From: an uncultured Pseudomonadales bacterium | GTDB lineage: Bacteria > Patescibacteriota > Microgenomatia > UBA1400 > PJMF01 | Reading direction: 5' to 3' | DNA length: 64,000 bases | NCBI GenBank assembly: GCA_964620965.1 | Contig: CAZUHV010000001.1 | Span: 445,171 to 509,170, forward strand | In this document: one piece after another, positions 1 to 9,631 of the stretch | Position numbering within the stretch: position 1 is the first letter of the stretch | Layout of the letters: every line of letters begins with the position of its first letter | Program-made: the position numbers and the translations under genes | The notes under the pieces: model-generated | Seen by the model: the letters and a program-made list of their open reading frames with translations, nothing else | Told to the model about the DNA's origin: nothing | Database searches by the model: none

Positions 1-223
1 ATAAAATAAAAAGGACTTAAGCCAAACATAAAGTGTTGGGGCAAGAATAAATAGGTACACAAACTGCACTAAGTCCAGTTTAAAAATTTCAAGTTTTTTA
101 TCTTGATATTTGTACAAAAACAAACCTATGAAAGTTGTAAAGAATGGAATTAACAATAAGAAATACTTCATAAATAAACCTCTACTATAGTACCACAGAA
201 ACCATGTCCCTCATATCTGGAAA

Positions 224-952
224 TTAAAACAAATGCTCAATAACTGAAGCTTTTAATTTTGTAAGTGTTGTGTCTGATTTTGCAAACTCCTTTTGTAATG
301 GGGTGAGTTCAGGCGCTTTCTTTTTTTCTGTACTACCAGCTTTCTGTTTTTGCTGTTTTATCCAAGTAATAATTTTAGGAATTTTTTTAAAATCGCTAAT
401 AAATGCTTGTTTTGTGCTTGTTGCTCGCAGTGCTGCAGCTGGATGAAACATTGGCAAAACATAGCTCGTATTCCCGTCCCACTTCACCTTATGTAGTCTT
501 CCATGAATTGTGGAAATTTTTGCGCCCGGCAAAAATTTCCCCATACTAAATCGCCCTAAAGTAACAATTAACTCTGGCTGTAAAATTTCTATTTCTTTGT
601 CTAAATATTTTTTAAATGCTGCTAGTTCTTCCAAACTTGGATCTCGATTGTCTGGAGGTCGAACTTTTACAATATTACTTATATAGATTTGTTCTGGTTT
701 AATTCCAGATTCTTCTTCCAAAACTTTTCTAAACAATTGTCCAGATCTTCCAACAAACGGTCGCCTTTGCACTGTTTCATGAAATCCTGGAGCTTCTCCA
801 ATAAACATCACTTCTGCACTTGCAGGACCCTCACCGGGAACAATATCCTTGTCAACTTTGGCTAATGGAAGTTTTCCAGCTGTAGCATCTGCTTCAAGCT
901 GAGCATACAGTACATCTAGTTGAGCTTGTATTTTTTTAATATCTCTTTCCAT
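224..952 (-). CDS. Uracil-DNA glycosylase, family 4 type (UDG superfamily)
   Basis: 242 aa ORF with the GEAPG...GRSG motifs typical of family-4 UDG. A basic K-rich C-terminal tail follows. Confidence 0.75.
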   Translation of the reverse strand: MERDIKKIQAQLDVLYAQLEADATAGKLPLAKVDKDIVPGEGPASAEVMFIGEAPGFHETVQRRPFVGRSGQLFRKVLEEESGIKPEQIYISNIVKVRPPDNRDPSLEELAAFKKYLDKEIEILQPELIVTLGRFSMGKFLPGAKISTIHGRLHKVKWDGNTSYVLPMFHPAAALRATSTKQAFISDFKKIPKIITWIKQQKQKAGSTEKKKAPELTPLQKEFAKSDTTLTKLKASVIEHLF

Positions 953-1049
953 ATCAAAAGAATACCAAAAAACTAACTATATTTAAATATGTAACTTAAT
1001 TGGAGTGAAGTCACCAACTAAAACCAAAAAACTTTGGGATTTTCCTAGT

Positions 1050-2111
1050 TTAATACTGTGGCAAGAAAATATTTCTGTTTTCTAAAGTAATAATTACTTC
1101 AGGATACCCTTTTTCAATAATAATTCTTGCAGCTTTTCTTACCGCACCTTGAAGCGTTCTTTGTAAAGTACGAATACCAGCATCAAACCCTAGTGGACGA
1201 GTCACAATTGGCCAAACCTCATCTTTGATAATAAATTGTTTTGTAGAAAGTCCTGCATCTTTTAGCAATCCAGGTAAAATATACCGTTGTGCAATAACAA
1301 TTTTTTCTTGGTCTGTATATGAAGGCATAGAAATTTTTTCCATACGGTCCATAACAGCTGTAGCAATTGCAGTAGTGTTATTTGCTGTTGCAATAAAAAT
1401 TGCATGAGATAAATTTACGGGATAATCAATATATCTGTCTCTAAACGCATTATTTTGGGCTGGGTCTAGTAATTCAACTAAAACACCCATAATATCTTTG
1501 TTTGCATCTTCATTTCCACGATCAATTTCGTCAAGCAATATAATTGGATTTCTTACTCCAGCTTCACAAATACCTTTTACAACTCTGCCTGGTTCAGATC
1601 CAAGAATTAAACGAGAATCCCCCCGCAGCTCTGTTGAAGAACCCATACCTCCAAATGGAATACGTACCAACTGTCTTCCAAGAGCCTCTGCTAAAGAAAT
1701 TGCGAAGGTTGTTTTACCAGTACCAACCAGACCAACAAGTAACAGGATTGGAGCACGAAAATCACTTGCAGTATCAGGATTTTGTGAACGTAATTTTAAA
1801 ACAGAGACATACTCCAAGAATCTGTTTTTAACATCATGCATTCCATAATGATGTTTCTCAAAAATTTGTTTTGTTTTTTCAATGTCTAAAGTATCTTGTG
1901 TTTCAGCTTGCCAAGGAACTCTTAGAACCCAATCAATGTACTTTGAGACCTTTTCATACTTCTCGTCATAACTTCCAAGTGCGACACTTCTTTCTAGGGA
2001 AACAATATCTTTATCAACCTTGCGCCTTAACTCTTCTGGAAGCTGAGCCCCGCCTACTTTTGCTTTAAGCTCTTGAATTTCTTGCTCGAGGATTTGTGTG
2101 TAATCATTCAT
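1050..2111 (-). CDS. Lon-like AAA+ ATPase module only (no N-terminal LAN domain, no S16 peptidase domain)
   Basis: 353 aa. Walker A GLVGTGKTT and Walker B ILLDEID are present, and Lon-type blocks (HYGMHDVKNRFLEYV, PGRVVKGI, AGIRTLQR) match the Lon helical and AAA region. The ORF stops directly after the AAA module, and only 97 nt of non-coding sequence follow. Its start overlaps the upstream stop (TAATG). Confidence 0.75.
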   Translation of the reverse strand: MNDYTQILEQEIQELKAKVGGAQLPEELRRKVDKDIVSLERSVALGSYDEKYEKVSKYIDWVLRVPWQAETQDTLDIEKTKQIFEKHHYGMHDVKNRFLEYVSVLKLRSQNPDTASDFRAPILLLVGLVGTGKTTFAISLAEALGRQLVRIPFGGMGSSTELRGDSRLILGSEPGRVVKGICEAGVRNPIILLDEIDRGNEDANKDIMGVLVELLDPAQNNAFRDRYIDYPVNLSHAIFIATANNTTAIATAVMDRMEKISMPSYTDQEKIVIAQRYILPGLLKDAGLSTKQFIIKDEVWPIVTRPLGFDAGIRTLQRTLQGAVRKAARIIIEKGYPEVIITLENRNIFLPQY

Positions 2112-2401
2112 TATTCAAAATCAGTAAACACTTGTTTTGTTCCACTAAAAATAGTGATTCCAGCAACTAAAAATATTATTCCTGCTGAAAACAAAATTAA
2201 TACATCGTGTGCGCCTGTTGCTGGAAGTGCAGAAGGGCTTGCTGTTGTTGATGGAGTTGCCGTAGCAGAAGGTGTTGCAGTTGCTGAGGGGGTAGCAGAC
2301 GAAGTTGCAGATTGAGCATATACAGTACTAGAAACCATATTAACAAATAGAAAAACAAAAATAGAAAGTGATAATCCAGCAAGTACCGATTTTTTATTCA
2401 T
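2111..2401 (-). CDS. Small secreted Ser/Thr/Ala/Pro-repeat protein with LPATG sortase-type cell-wall sorting signal
   Basis: 96 aa with an N-terminal signal peptide and ATPSATATPS repeats. LPATG is followed by a hydrophobic stretch and a charged tail. Confidence 0.6.
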   Translation of the reverse strand: MNKKSVLAGLSLSIFVFLFVNMVSSTVYAQSATSSATPSATATPSATATPSTTASPSALPATGAHDVLILFSAGIIFLVAGITIFSGTKQVFTDFE

Positions 2402-3332
2402 AGTGATTATTATGACTTTCTATTTGATCTATTGTCAACAGTCCAGGTTTTGCACCAATTTTAGAAATAACAGACTGTGAATTCATTTTACCCCAAACGC
2501 AAGCTTCTTCTATAGTTTTACCTTTTAAATAAGCACTGATGTACCCCACAATAAATGCATCTCCTGCACCTGTTTCATCAACTGCTTCTACTTCCTCAGA
2601 AAAAAACCTTTTTGTAGGTCTTCCATCTAAATAAATCTCCCCACCCTGTTTTCCATTGGTAACAACGATATGTGGCACAACTTCTAAAATTTTATTTTGT
2701 ATTTCACGAATTGAATCCCACTCAAATTTATTAACTATCAAAATAGTTACTGGTAAGTGAGCAATAGAAATCTCTCCAGATTTGAGTAACTGCAATTCTT
2801 TATTACCTGGATTCCAAGACATCTGTGTGTGACCATCTCTGATAACCTCAAAAATAAAGTTCAAGGTTTCTAACTGACCAGAAACGCTAGAAAGGTGGAT
2901 CCACTTTGTCCCCGATAAATAAAAAACTGGAATGTCTTTGGGATCAAGTTGTGCAGAAGCACCTCTATGCACCATAATTGTTCTACCTCCATCTTCTCCC
3001 AACAAAATAATTGATCCACCGGTCTTTTCATTTTTTTCTGTAACTACAAGTTTAGTATCAACATACTCTTTGTGAAGTTCTTGTAGAATTAGTTCAGACC
3101 AAACATCTTTTCCAAGCTCAGTCACTAGCCCTGTACGAAAACCCATTCTAGAAAATCCAACCGCTGTGTTACTACCTCCCCCTCCAGTCTTTACTAGATA
3201 CTCATCAACATCAATTTTTTCACCATATGATTGGCATAACAAAACTCCAGCATCTGTTTTTTGAATTTTGAATGCTTTTGACTTGATAAAACTATCAACA
3301 ACACTAGAACCTATTGAGACAATGTCATACAT
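2394..3332 (-). CDS. PfkB-family carbohydrate kinase (ribokinase-like)
   Basis: 312 aa with an N-terminal GGGGSNTAVG motif and the C-terminal DETGAGDAF motif of the ribokinase/pfkB family. Confidence 0.75.
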   Translation of the reverse strand: MYDIVSIGSSVVDSFIKSKAFKIQKTDAGVLLCQSYGEKIDVDEYLVKTGGGGSNTAVGFSRMGFRTGLVTELGKDVWSELILQELHKEYVDTKLVVTEKNEKTGGSIILLGEDGGRTIMVHRGASAQLDPKDIPVFYLSGTKWIHLSSVSGQLETLNFIFEVIRDGHTQMSWNPGNKELQLLKSGEISIAHLPVTILIVNKFEWDSIREIQNKILEVVPHIVVTNGKQGGEIYLDGRPTKRFFSEEVEAVDETGAGDAFIVGYISAYLKGKTIEEACVWGKMNSQSVISKIGAKPGLLTIDQIESHNNHYE

Positions 3333-3389
3333 GGGCAGCTTTTATCCTTGAGATTATTGTACGATAAATTAGAAACGAATGCTATGGTG

Positions 3390-4052
3390 TTAAGACTCTC
3401 TTTGAGGAAGTCCACACCGTTGTGCTAACTCAAGTTCAAAATCTTTCAAAGCTTGAATCATTTCTTTCTCATCTTTGACTATTTTATAAATAGTCTTTTC
3501 TTTTTCACCAATAAAAAAGTGATCATTTATAACTTTCATCACGTCTTCCCAAAATCCGCCATATAAAATAAGTGGTTTGTGATTCCCATAGTACAGATGA
3601 GCAAGTAACCAAGCAGTGGCCCATTCACTCAGTGTCCCAGTTCCACCTTGCATACAAATAAATGCATCTGCGTGCTCCATAAGACCGAACATACGCTCAA
3701 CATAATTTGCAGTTTTTATTTCTTTATCAACCAAATTATCATGAAATCTACCTTCAAATTCTGGCATGTCTTTTGGATAAAAAGTAACGGCAATTGTGGT
3801 TCCTCCGGCTGACTGAGCTCCTTTTGTCGCTGCATCCATAACTCCTGGTCCACCCCCATCAACGACAACCATGTCATTATATGCTAAATATCGAGCAACA
3901 TTGAATGTTTCTTCATATAATGGGTGCTTTTCATCAACATCGGCACTCCCAAAAATTGCAACATTTTTGATAGTACAATGTAGGCTTGGTGCCGGAATTT
4001 TAATTTGCGTTTTCATCATATTGTGTTGTCTCCAAAAAGGTACTTCTCTCAA
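3390..4052 (-). CDS. LOG-family (TIGR00730) Rossmann-fold nucleotide-binding protein
   Basis: 220 aa with the VDGGGPGVMDA and GGTGTLSE motifs. The true start may be the internal MMKTQ. Confidence 0.65.
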   Translation of the reverse strand: MREVPFWRQHNMMKTQIKIPAPSLHCTIKNVAIFGSADVDEKHPLYEETFNVARYLAYNDMVVVDGGGPGVMDAATKGAQSAGGTTIAVTFYPKDMPEFEGRFHDNLVDKEIKTANYVERMFGLMEHADAFICMQGGTGTLSEWATAWLLAHLYYGNHKPLILYGGFWEDVMKVINDHFFIGEKEKTIYKIVKDEKEMIQALKDFELELAQRCGLPQRES

Positions 4053-4054
4053 TT

Positions 4055-4720
4055 CTACAGAATTTCAGATTCAAGATCTTGATACGCTTCTGCAAAATCT
4101 GGAGCTTTCCATAAAAAGCTTCCTACTCCTACAGAAGATGCTCCACTTTCTTGTAGTTTTGCAATAGTTTCAGGGTTTACTCCACCATCAATAATTACCT
4201 CTAGGCGAAGATCCTTTTCCATAAGCAACTTTCTTAAGTCTGTAATTTTTTTATAAACTTTTTCGTGTAATTCTTGCCCTTGATACCCAGTGTCTATGGA
4301 CATTAACTGAATGCTATGAATTCTTTCAAATTGGCTTGAATCTATTTCGCTTATTGGAGTATTTAGATTAAGTGAGAGCCCAACATTCCAATCATATCTT
4401 CTGACCTCATCAATAAAAAGTTCTTGATTAGACATCTGTTCGATTTGACCGATAACACTGCGAACAGGTAAATCATCTTGGTAATCGATAATTTCTCGAA
4501 CAAAATCTAGAGGCTCTTGAGTCATTAAGTGAAAATCTATTTCCAAATCACCAAAATCAAGATCAGTAAGATCGGCAGGCGTAACTGTAATATTGTCAAC
4601 AAAATAACCGTCAATGATATCAACTTGAATTGTGTGGACAAGCCCACTTTCTATACACAGATCCAACTGTTGCTGAAAAATATCATGTTGATCAGTAAGG
4701 ATGGTAGGATAAATGTTCAT
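4055..4720 (-). CDS. rpe: Ribulose-phosphate 3-epimerase-like TIM-barrel protein
   Basis: 221 aa. The block VDIIDGYFVDNITVTP resembles the rpe metal/substrate region. Its context with rpiB and a sugar kinase supports the call. Confidence 0.55.
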   Translation of the reverse strand: MNIYPTILTDQHDIFQQQLDLCIESGLVHTIQVDIIDGYFVDNITVTPADLTDLDFGDLEIDFHLMTQEPLDFVREIIDYQDDLPVRSVIGQIEQMSNQELFIDEVRRYDWNVGLSLNLNTPISEIDSSQFERIHSIQLMSIDTGYQGQELHEKVYKKITDLRKLLMEKDLRLEVIIDGGVNPETIAKLQESGASSVGVGSFLWKAPDFAEAYQDLESEIL

Positions 4721-4735
4721 TCTTTACCGTACTTT

Positions 4736-5212
4736 CTAGTGTTCTTTTTCAAATTTGGTAATTTGTGCAATTCTTCTTTCGTGTCGAGCATCTTTTTGGT
4801 AGTTAGTTGTTAAAAAAACCTGAATAATTTCTTTAGCTCTTTCTGTAGAAATCCAATCTCCAGAGAGTGCAACTATGTTTGCATTGTTATGCTCTTTTGC
4901 ATGAATAGCACTTTTTTCATCAAAGATTGAAACTGCTCGTGCCCCAGCAACTTTGTTGGCTGCTATTGTAACCCCACCAGAGGACCTACATATCAAAATA
5001 CCAACTGCACCAGTTTGAGTAATTTGTTCTTCTGTTGCAACAACTCGTTCTGCAACTCCGAAAGCAACTTGAGGATAATCGTCATTTGGGTCAAATTGAT
5101 GAGCGCCAACGTCCTCAACTTGATATCCTTCACTTTCTAACCACTGTTTTAAAGCGTTTTTCTGTTCAAATCCTCCATGATCACTGCCAATAACAATTGT
5201 TGGTTTTTGCAT
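4736..5212 (-). CDS. rpiB: Ribose-5-phosphate isomerase B (RpiB/LacAB family)
   Basis: 158 aa with IGSDHGG at the N-terminus and CRSSGGVTIAANK, both typical of RpiB. Confidence 0.85.
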   Translation of the reverse strand: MQKPTIVIGSDHGGFEQKNALKQWLESEGYQVEDVGAHQFDPNDDYPQVAFGVAERVVATEEQITQTGAVGILICRSSGGVTIAANKVAGARAVSIFDEKSAIHAKEHNNANIVALSGDWISTERAKEIIQVFLTTNYQKDARHERRIAQITKFEKEH

Positions 5213-5300
5213 ACATTCATCATTACATCTGAAGTCTGTTTTATCAAGTCAAAAGAGTGATAAGCTTATAGTTAAATAGTGAGCTATGAATGTTTATTTT

Positions 5301-5567
5301 TTATAAAGCACCTGAATCCATAGCAGAATCATCATCTGTCGTTTCGTCGTCTTCTGTCATGGTTTCATCTTCTGTCACTGTTTCTTCACCTTCTATCATA
5401 GCTTCGCCATCAATAAGTTCTTGATCCTTCATCATGGTATCTTCTACATATGTTTCTTCCATAACGCCTTCTGAATCTGGAGCTTGAGCGTCTTGGCCTG
5501 GCAGTAAACTACAACCGGCAAAAACCAAACTCGTTGTTGCTATAAGTGCAATGTATTTTAATTGCAT
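5301..5567 (-). CDS. Small acidic lipoprotein (hypothetical)
   Basis: 88 aa. The signal peptide carries a lipobox (FAGC), followed by D/E/T-rich sequence. Confidence 0.4.
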   Translation of the reverse strand: MQLKYIALIATTSLVFAGCSLLPGQDAQAPDSEGVMEETYVEDTMMKDQELIDGEAMIEGEETVTEDETMTEDDETTDDDSAMDSGAL

Positions 5568-5670
5568 TTATTTCCTTCCTGCATGTTTTCATGCAAATGG
5601 TTACTACTTTTATACTAAATATACTATCTCAACTCAAAATGTATCTATACCCATATACCCAACCCAACGA

Positions 5671-6003
5671 CTAATACCCAAGCTCTGCTCTGGCTTCTTC
5701 TGTCATCATGTCAACCATCCAAGGTGGATCAAAAGTGAGTTCGACATCAACATCTTCTTTAGGGACAATACCATCTAGATCTGTAAGCTGTTCTAAAACA
5801 AGTTCTTTAAACACTCCTGCTAGTGGGCATCCAGGAGTAGTAAGGGTCATCAAAATATGAATTTTTTGTTGAGGTCCAGTTTTTTGCTGAACTGTAGAAA
5901 TAGTCACATCATATACAAGACCCATACTAACAATATCTATGTGTAACTCTGGATCGATCACTTTAGAAAGACGGGTATAGATGTTTTCTTTTGTTAGCTT
6001 CAT
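5671..6003 (-). CDS. DUF59/SufT-like Fe-S cluster assembly protein
   Basis: The sequence from MKLTKEN shows the DUF59 pattern (IDPEL...IVSMGLVYDV, TLTTPGCP). The start was chosen at the internal ATG at 6003. Confidence 0.6.
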   Translation of the reverse strand: MKLTKENIYTRLSKVIDPELHIDIVSMGLVYDVTISTVQQKTGPQQKIHILMTLTTPGCPLAGVFKELVLEQLTDLDGIVPKEDVDVELTFDPPWMVDMMTEEARAELGY

Positions 6004-6052
6004 ACTACAAACTATAATAGTTGGGTTCGAAAGATAGTGCAACCGATAAAAT

Positions 6053-6078
6053 AAAAAACCCCTCGAAAACGAGGGGTT
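6053..6078 (-). terminator. Rho-independent terminator (CCCCTCG-AAAA-CGAGGGG followed by T-run on the minus strand)
   Basis: A perfect 7-bp GC-rich stem is flanked by an A6 and T-run. It lies just downstream of the 6102..6314 gene. Confidence 0.7.
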
Positions 6079-6101
6079 TCTAATTCTAATCTAGAAAGAG
6101 A

Positions 6102-6314
6102 TTATTTAGCTGATCTCTTTAAGACAGGCATGTTGGTTCTCTTTGTTTCCATAACCTCATAACCTGCTGGAACTGCTGCTAATGCACCATCACGAACGTC
6201 TCTTGCGAAGTAGTAGATTCTTTGAACTCTACCATTCTTAAGGGTGACTTCTTTGGTGTGCAAGTAGTAAACTTGACCCTTTGCGTTGGTGTATGAGAAA
6301 GCGTTTGCTGCCAT
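6102..6314 (-). CDS. Small conserved-looking hypothetical protein
   Basis: 70 aa ORF with a strong terminator. No recognisable family. Confidence 0.45.
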   Translation of the reverse strand: MAANAFSYTNAKGQVYYLHTKEVTLKNGRVQRIYYFARDVRDGALAAVPAGYEVMETKRTNMPVLKRSAK

Positions 6315-6469
6315 ACTTGTACTCCTTTTCTTGCCTTATTCAGGCTTCAAATACTTACTTTTATACTTGTTAAGTCAAAAGTATCTTTTTTAAGCTTACC
6401 ATACTCGGCGAGCACTTCAAGAAGCAAATTCAAGTTATTATGCCCTGCCAAGCCATTTTTCTGCCAATT

Positions 6470-7012
6470 TTAATTCAATTCCTGTTCTAAGACCTCGACT
6501 TCCAAATCTTGTTCAGACTCGACTGAACCTCTTAAAACATAGTTCTCTGTTGCTGTTTTTGCATCAGAACTTTCACTCACAAACATCTCAAATGGAAGTA
6601 AATCTGCTGGAAGTGCTGCAGATCCTAAATACCCACCTTTTCCTTCAACTAAAGTAAATACTTCTCTCATTGCAGTTCCATCTGCTGATCTTAACCAAAC
6701 ATGGTACTCTGTTGTTGGTTCTGGAAGGTTTGCCATAACGGAAAATCTAACTTTCTCATCTCTTAATTCATATCTGATGACACCTGTGTCTGTACTCTCT
6801 GAATCTGCTGATTCAAGTTCAACAGTTTCGTAGTCACCAACACCTCTAATAGATTTAACCATTTCATCCTGGCTTAAGTTTTCGATCTCTACACCTTCTC
6901 CAAGAAGTGCATACTCACTTCTCTCTGCTCTTAAAGAATACCATCTAAAAACTAATACGAAGATGATACCTAAAACTATTAATGGGAAAACGTATGGTGT
7001 ATATTTTTTCAT
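6470..7012 (-). CDS. Membrane-anchored hypothetical protein (N-terminal TM, acidic extracytoplasmic domain)
   Basis: 180 aa with a single N-terminal TM helix. Confidence 0.5.
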   Translation of the reverse strand: MKKYTPYVFPLIVLGIIFVLVFRWYSLRAERSEYALLGEGVEIENLSQDEMVKSIRGVGDYETVELESADSESTDTGVIRYELRDEKVRFSVMANLPEPTTEYHVWLRSADGTAMREVFTLVEGKGGYLGSAALPADLLPFEMFVSESSDAKTATENYVLRGSVESEQDLEVEVLEQELN

Positions 7013-7150
7013 TTCTGCCCTACTTATTATGTTTGTACTACTTTAGACCTTTTCAGTCATTTTTAACCTAGTTATATTTATACGTTATAACATGGTTTCG
7101 TCAAGAGGAATTCTTTTTACGCCTGGTATGCCTGATGCAGGGGTACATTT

Positions 7151-7876
7151 TTATTCACTTAACAATGACTCAACAGCTTGAAGTAACTGTGGGGCAGATG
7201 TTTTGACTCCGTTTACATAAAAAGTTGGTGTAGAGTTCACTCCCAGCTGTGTGCCAGCAGCAACATCTAAATTAACTAATTCCGCAACAGAATCGCTTTC
7301 CATTTTCTCTAAAAACTGTGCTCTGTCAAGACCTAACTCGACAGCATACGATGCGAAGGCATCCTTTAATTCAGTTCTAGAACTGATTGTTGACCAGTTC
7401 TCTTGTTCGGCAAAAAGTTTGTCGTGCATTAACCAAAATTTGCTTGCGTCCAGACTTGCAACTGCTTCCGCAGCTGTTGCTGCTAAACGAGCATTTGGGT
7501 GAATAGAATCAAGTGGAAAATGTCTAAACACGATTTGTACCTTGCCAGGATATGCACGTTTTACATTCTCAACTGCAGGCTGGGCAGCTCTACAAGCTGG
7601 ACACTGAAAGTCTGAAAATTCGACTACTGTGATTACTTCTGCTGGTACTGATGCTTCCGAACTTTCTGTTGCTTGATTTTCTGTATTTTCTGGGGATTCT
7701 TCCATCATTGCTTTTGCATTCAGAGAGCTGTGTCTTGCATCTCCAGCAACTAAAGCCATATCAGCAACTTGTTGTTCTTGGCCAGTTGAGCCACTTCCAG
7801 AAGAAAGTACTGCAACTGCAACAATTAAGATTAAAGTACCTACTATTGTTCCAATTAATAATGGGAGATTTTTCAT
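7151..7876 (-). CDS. DsbA-family thiol:disulfide oxidoreductase, membrane anchored
   Basis: 241 aa with an N-terminal TM. The thioredoxin-fold CPAC active site sits in FSDFQCPACR, and a VFRHFPL block follows. Confidence 0.8.
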   Translation of the reverse strand: MKNLPLLIGTIVGTLILIVAVAVLSSGSGSTGQEQQVADMALVAGDARHSSLNAKAMMEESPENTENQATESSEASVPAEVITVVEFSDFQCPACRAAQPAVENVKRAYPGKVQIVFRHFPLDSIHPNARLAATAAEAVASLDASKFWLMHDKLFAEQENWSTISSRTELKDAFASYAVELGLDRAQFLEKMESDSVAELVNLDVAAGTQLGVNSTPTFYVNGVKTSAPQLLQAVESLLSE

Positions 7877-8031
7877 AATGTAACCTTGAAACTTACTACA
7901 AACTGCACCATTTATGTTTTTTTCGTATGCAGGTTTCTAGCATACCATATTTAGAAAATATGGGAAGTATTTATTACAATAAGTAGTAAGAAAAAATATG
8001 ATTTTTTGTTGACAAAAATATTCTCCCTTAC

Positions 8032-8060
8032 TTGACTAAACTTATAAAACATCCTATAAT
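8032..8060 (+). promoter_or_regulatory. Consensus sigma70-type promoter TTGACT-N17-TATAAT
   Basis: Exact hexamers with 17-nt spacing. It would drive the long structured leader of the 8415 gene. Confidence 0.55.
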
Positions 8061-8137
8061 ATCGAAACTAAATTATCGTTGCACAATTGCTGTGCAAAAA
8101 AATGAATTAGTATAGTTCTTTAACAAACGAATAACGT

Positions 8138-8205
8138 TTGTGGGAAGAAACAAAAGGATATTTTTTTTGCCATTTTTTGGTATACCCTCTTGTTTCTTCC
8201 CACAA
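8138..8205. repeat. Perfect 16-bp inverted repeat TTGTGGGAAGAAACAA / TTGTTTCTTCCCACAA separated by 36 nt; partial third copy GTGGGAAG at 8229-8236
   Basis: Read directly from the sequence. It lies in the leader of the 8415 gene. Confidence 0.8.
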
Positions 8206-8414
8206 GAGTTTGACCAATAAAAAATTTGGTGGGAAGCTATGACCAGTATGCAAAATAGCTCTTGCTGTTTTGGGATACTGGCAAAGGTGAATGCCTATAA
8301 GCTTAATTTTGTAAACAAAAAAATATCCGATAACGAACTCTCAAAACTTTTAGCAAATTGTTCTAGCTGCACTATTCAAATAAGATTATGCAGTTGGGAC
8401 ACAAATAGGTCAAA

Positions 8415-8978
8415 ATGAAATTTCGAAACATCTTACGAATTGTAGCAGTCTTGGCCGGATTGTTACTCTTAGCATCACTGGCCACTCAACCCGCTTCTGC
8501 TGAAGGACCTGAAGCAAATCCCACCACGACCCCCGGACCAGGTGGGAGCGATTGTGACCAGGCTCAGCCTCCTCAGTACTGTTTTAAAATTGAACTTGAC
8601 GATGAAACGCAGAGCGGTGACTACACTGCTCCTGCGGCCGTCACAAAGGTCGTTTTAAAAGCAGGTCAAGATTACACTACCGTAACCCCAGAGCAGAACC
8701 CTTACAATGGAGCCTGCTACAGTGTGATCTTCTCTTCGAGTCAACAAGGAGGCCCACTCGACACAATCAACTTTGAAAAAACCGGCGGAGAGCAATGCCA
8801 AAATTTGAGCCATGTCCAAATATGGTGGGAGGTTCACCCAACCGCGCTAACCTTAACAAACTTCACAGCTGAACCAAAATCTAGCTTCAATGCTCTTGAC
8901 TGGTTCGGCATACTGATCTTAGCCATCGGACTCGCATTTCTACAATATGAATGGCGCCGCCGGCGCCGCCGCAAATAA
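8415..8978 (+). CDS. Secreted protein with C-terminal hydrophobic helix plus poly-Arg anchor (sorting-signal-like); unusually GC-rich codons
   Basis: 187 aa with a signal peptide (AGLLLLASLATQPASA) and a Pro/Thr-rich linker. The C-terminus is AEP...WFGILILAIGLAFL..RRRRRRK. Local GC content is clearly higher than the window average. Confidence 0.55.
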   Translation: MKFRNILRIVAVLAGLLLLASLATQPASAEGPEANPTTTPGPGGSDCDQAQPPQYCFKIELDDETQSGDYTAPAAVTKVVLKAGQDYTTVTPEQNPYNGACYSVIFSSSQQGGPLDTINFEKTGGEQCQNLSHVQIWWEVHPTALTLTNFTAEPKSSFNALDWFGILILAIGLAFLQYEWRRRRRRK

Positions 8979-9049
8979 CGTTATCCGTCATTCACTTTGA
9001 TTGCCTAATGGACACAAATCTAGCAGGCGATTGAAGTGAACCTAGTCAA

Positions 9050-9079
9050 GAGGCTCGTGAAAACACGGGCCTCTTTTTT
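9050..9079 (+). terminator. Rho-independent terminator after the 8415 gene
   Basis: A GAGGC...GCCTC hairpin is followed by TTTTTT. Confidence 0.6.
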
Positions 9080-9226
9080 GTCATTTTGCAAAAAAAAATA
9101 ATTCTCCATCTTGAATAATTATATCTTATAATATATAATTATTTGATTTTTCTTGACAAGATGCGTGCATCTAAATTAAGGAAAATCAGCTATTTAACAG
9201 TGGAAAATAAAAAAAAGGTGACCAAA

Positions 9227-9571
9227 ATGAGAAAATTTTTGAAAATCATTGTGCCGCTTTTACTACTTTTTTTAGTATTGGTAGGCATATTGGGGGTCAC
9301 AATATACTTGGGAAAAAATAGCCCCTCCTCAACTGGCGGGGGCGTAGTCTTCAAAGAAACCGAAAGTGGGTTCGAAATCCTTCAGCCTAATGAGGTTGAG
9401 GTAAGATTCGATGACCAAAACGGCAACCCAGTTTCATTTGAGCGAACGCTTACGATTCGCAATGAATGGAACTACAAAGTTGAGGTTGCTGAAGGAGAGT
9501 GTATCACCATGTATACACAAGACCCGAGCGACTCAACAACACTTATGGCAGAACACGAGTTCTGCCGTTAA
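9227..9571 (+). CDS. Small membrane-anchored hypothetical protein
   Basis: The start was set at the ATG preceded by AAGGTGA. An N-terminal TM is followed by a beta-rich domain with two Cys. Confidence 0.5.
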   Translation: MRKFLKIIVPLLLLFLVLVGILGVTIYLGKNSPSSTGGGVVFKETESGFEILQPNEVEVRFDDQNGNPVSFERTLTIRNEWNYKVEVAEGECITMYTQDPSDSTTLMAEHEFCR

Positions 9572-9597
9572 AAAAATTTCCACTGTTAAAAAACAAA

Positions 9598-9631
9598 AAG
9601 CCGCCAGCGAAATCTGACGGCTTGTTTTTTT
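9598..9631 (+). terminator. Rho-independent terminator
   Basis: An AAGCCGCCAG...CTGACGGCTT hairpin is followed by a T7 run. Confidence 0.6.

Noticed and set aside
1225-1848. Several 60-116 aa ORFs antisense or out of frame within the Lon-like gene, and similar ones inside dnaK, groEL, ftsH, pnp, infB, PheRS, sufB and others
   Set aside because: They overlap well-supported genes on the other strand or frame, are low-complexity, and lack ribosome-binding sites, so they are treated as spurious.
8130-8240. Possible CRISPR array suggested by the repeated GTGGGAAG element
   Set aside because: There are only two inverted copies plus a partial third. Spacing is not regular and there are no cas genes, so an RNA hairpin or operator fits better.
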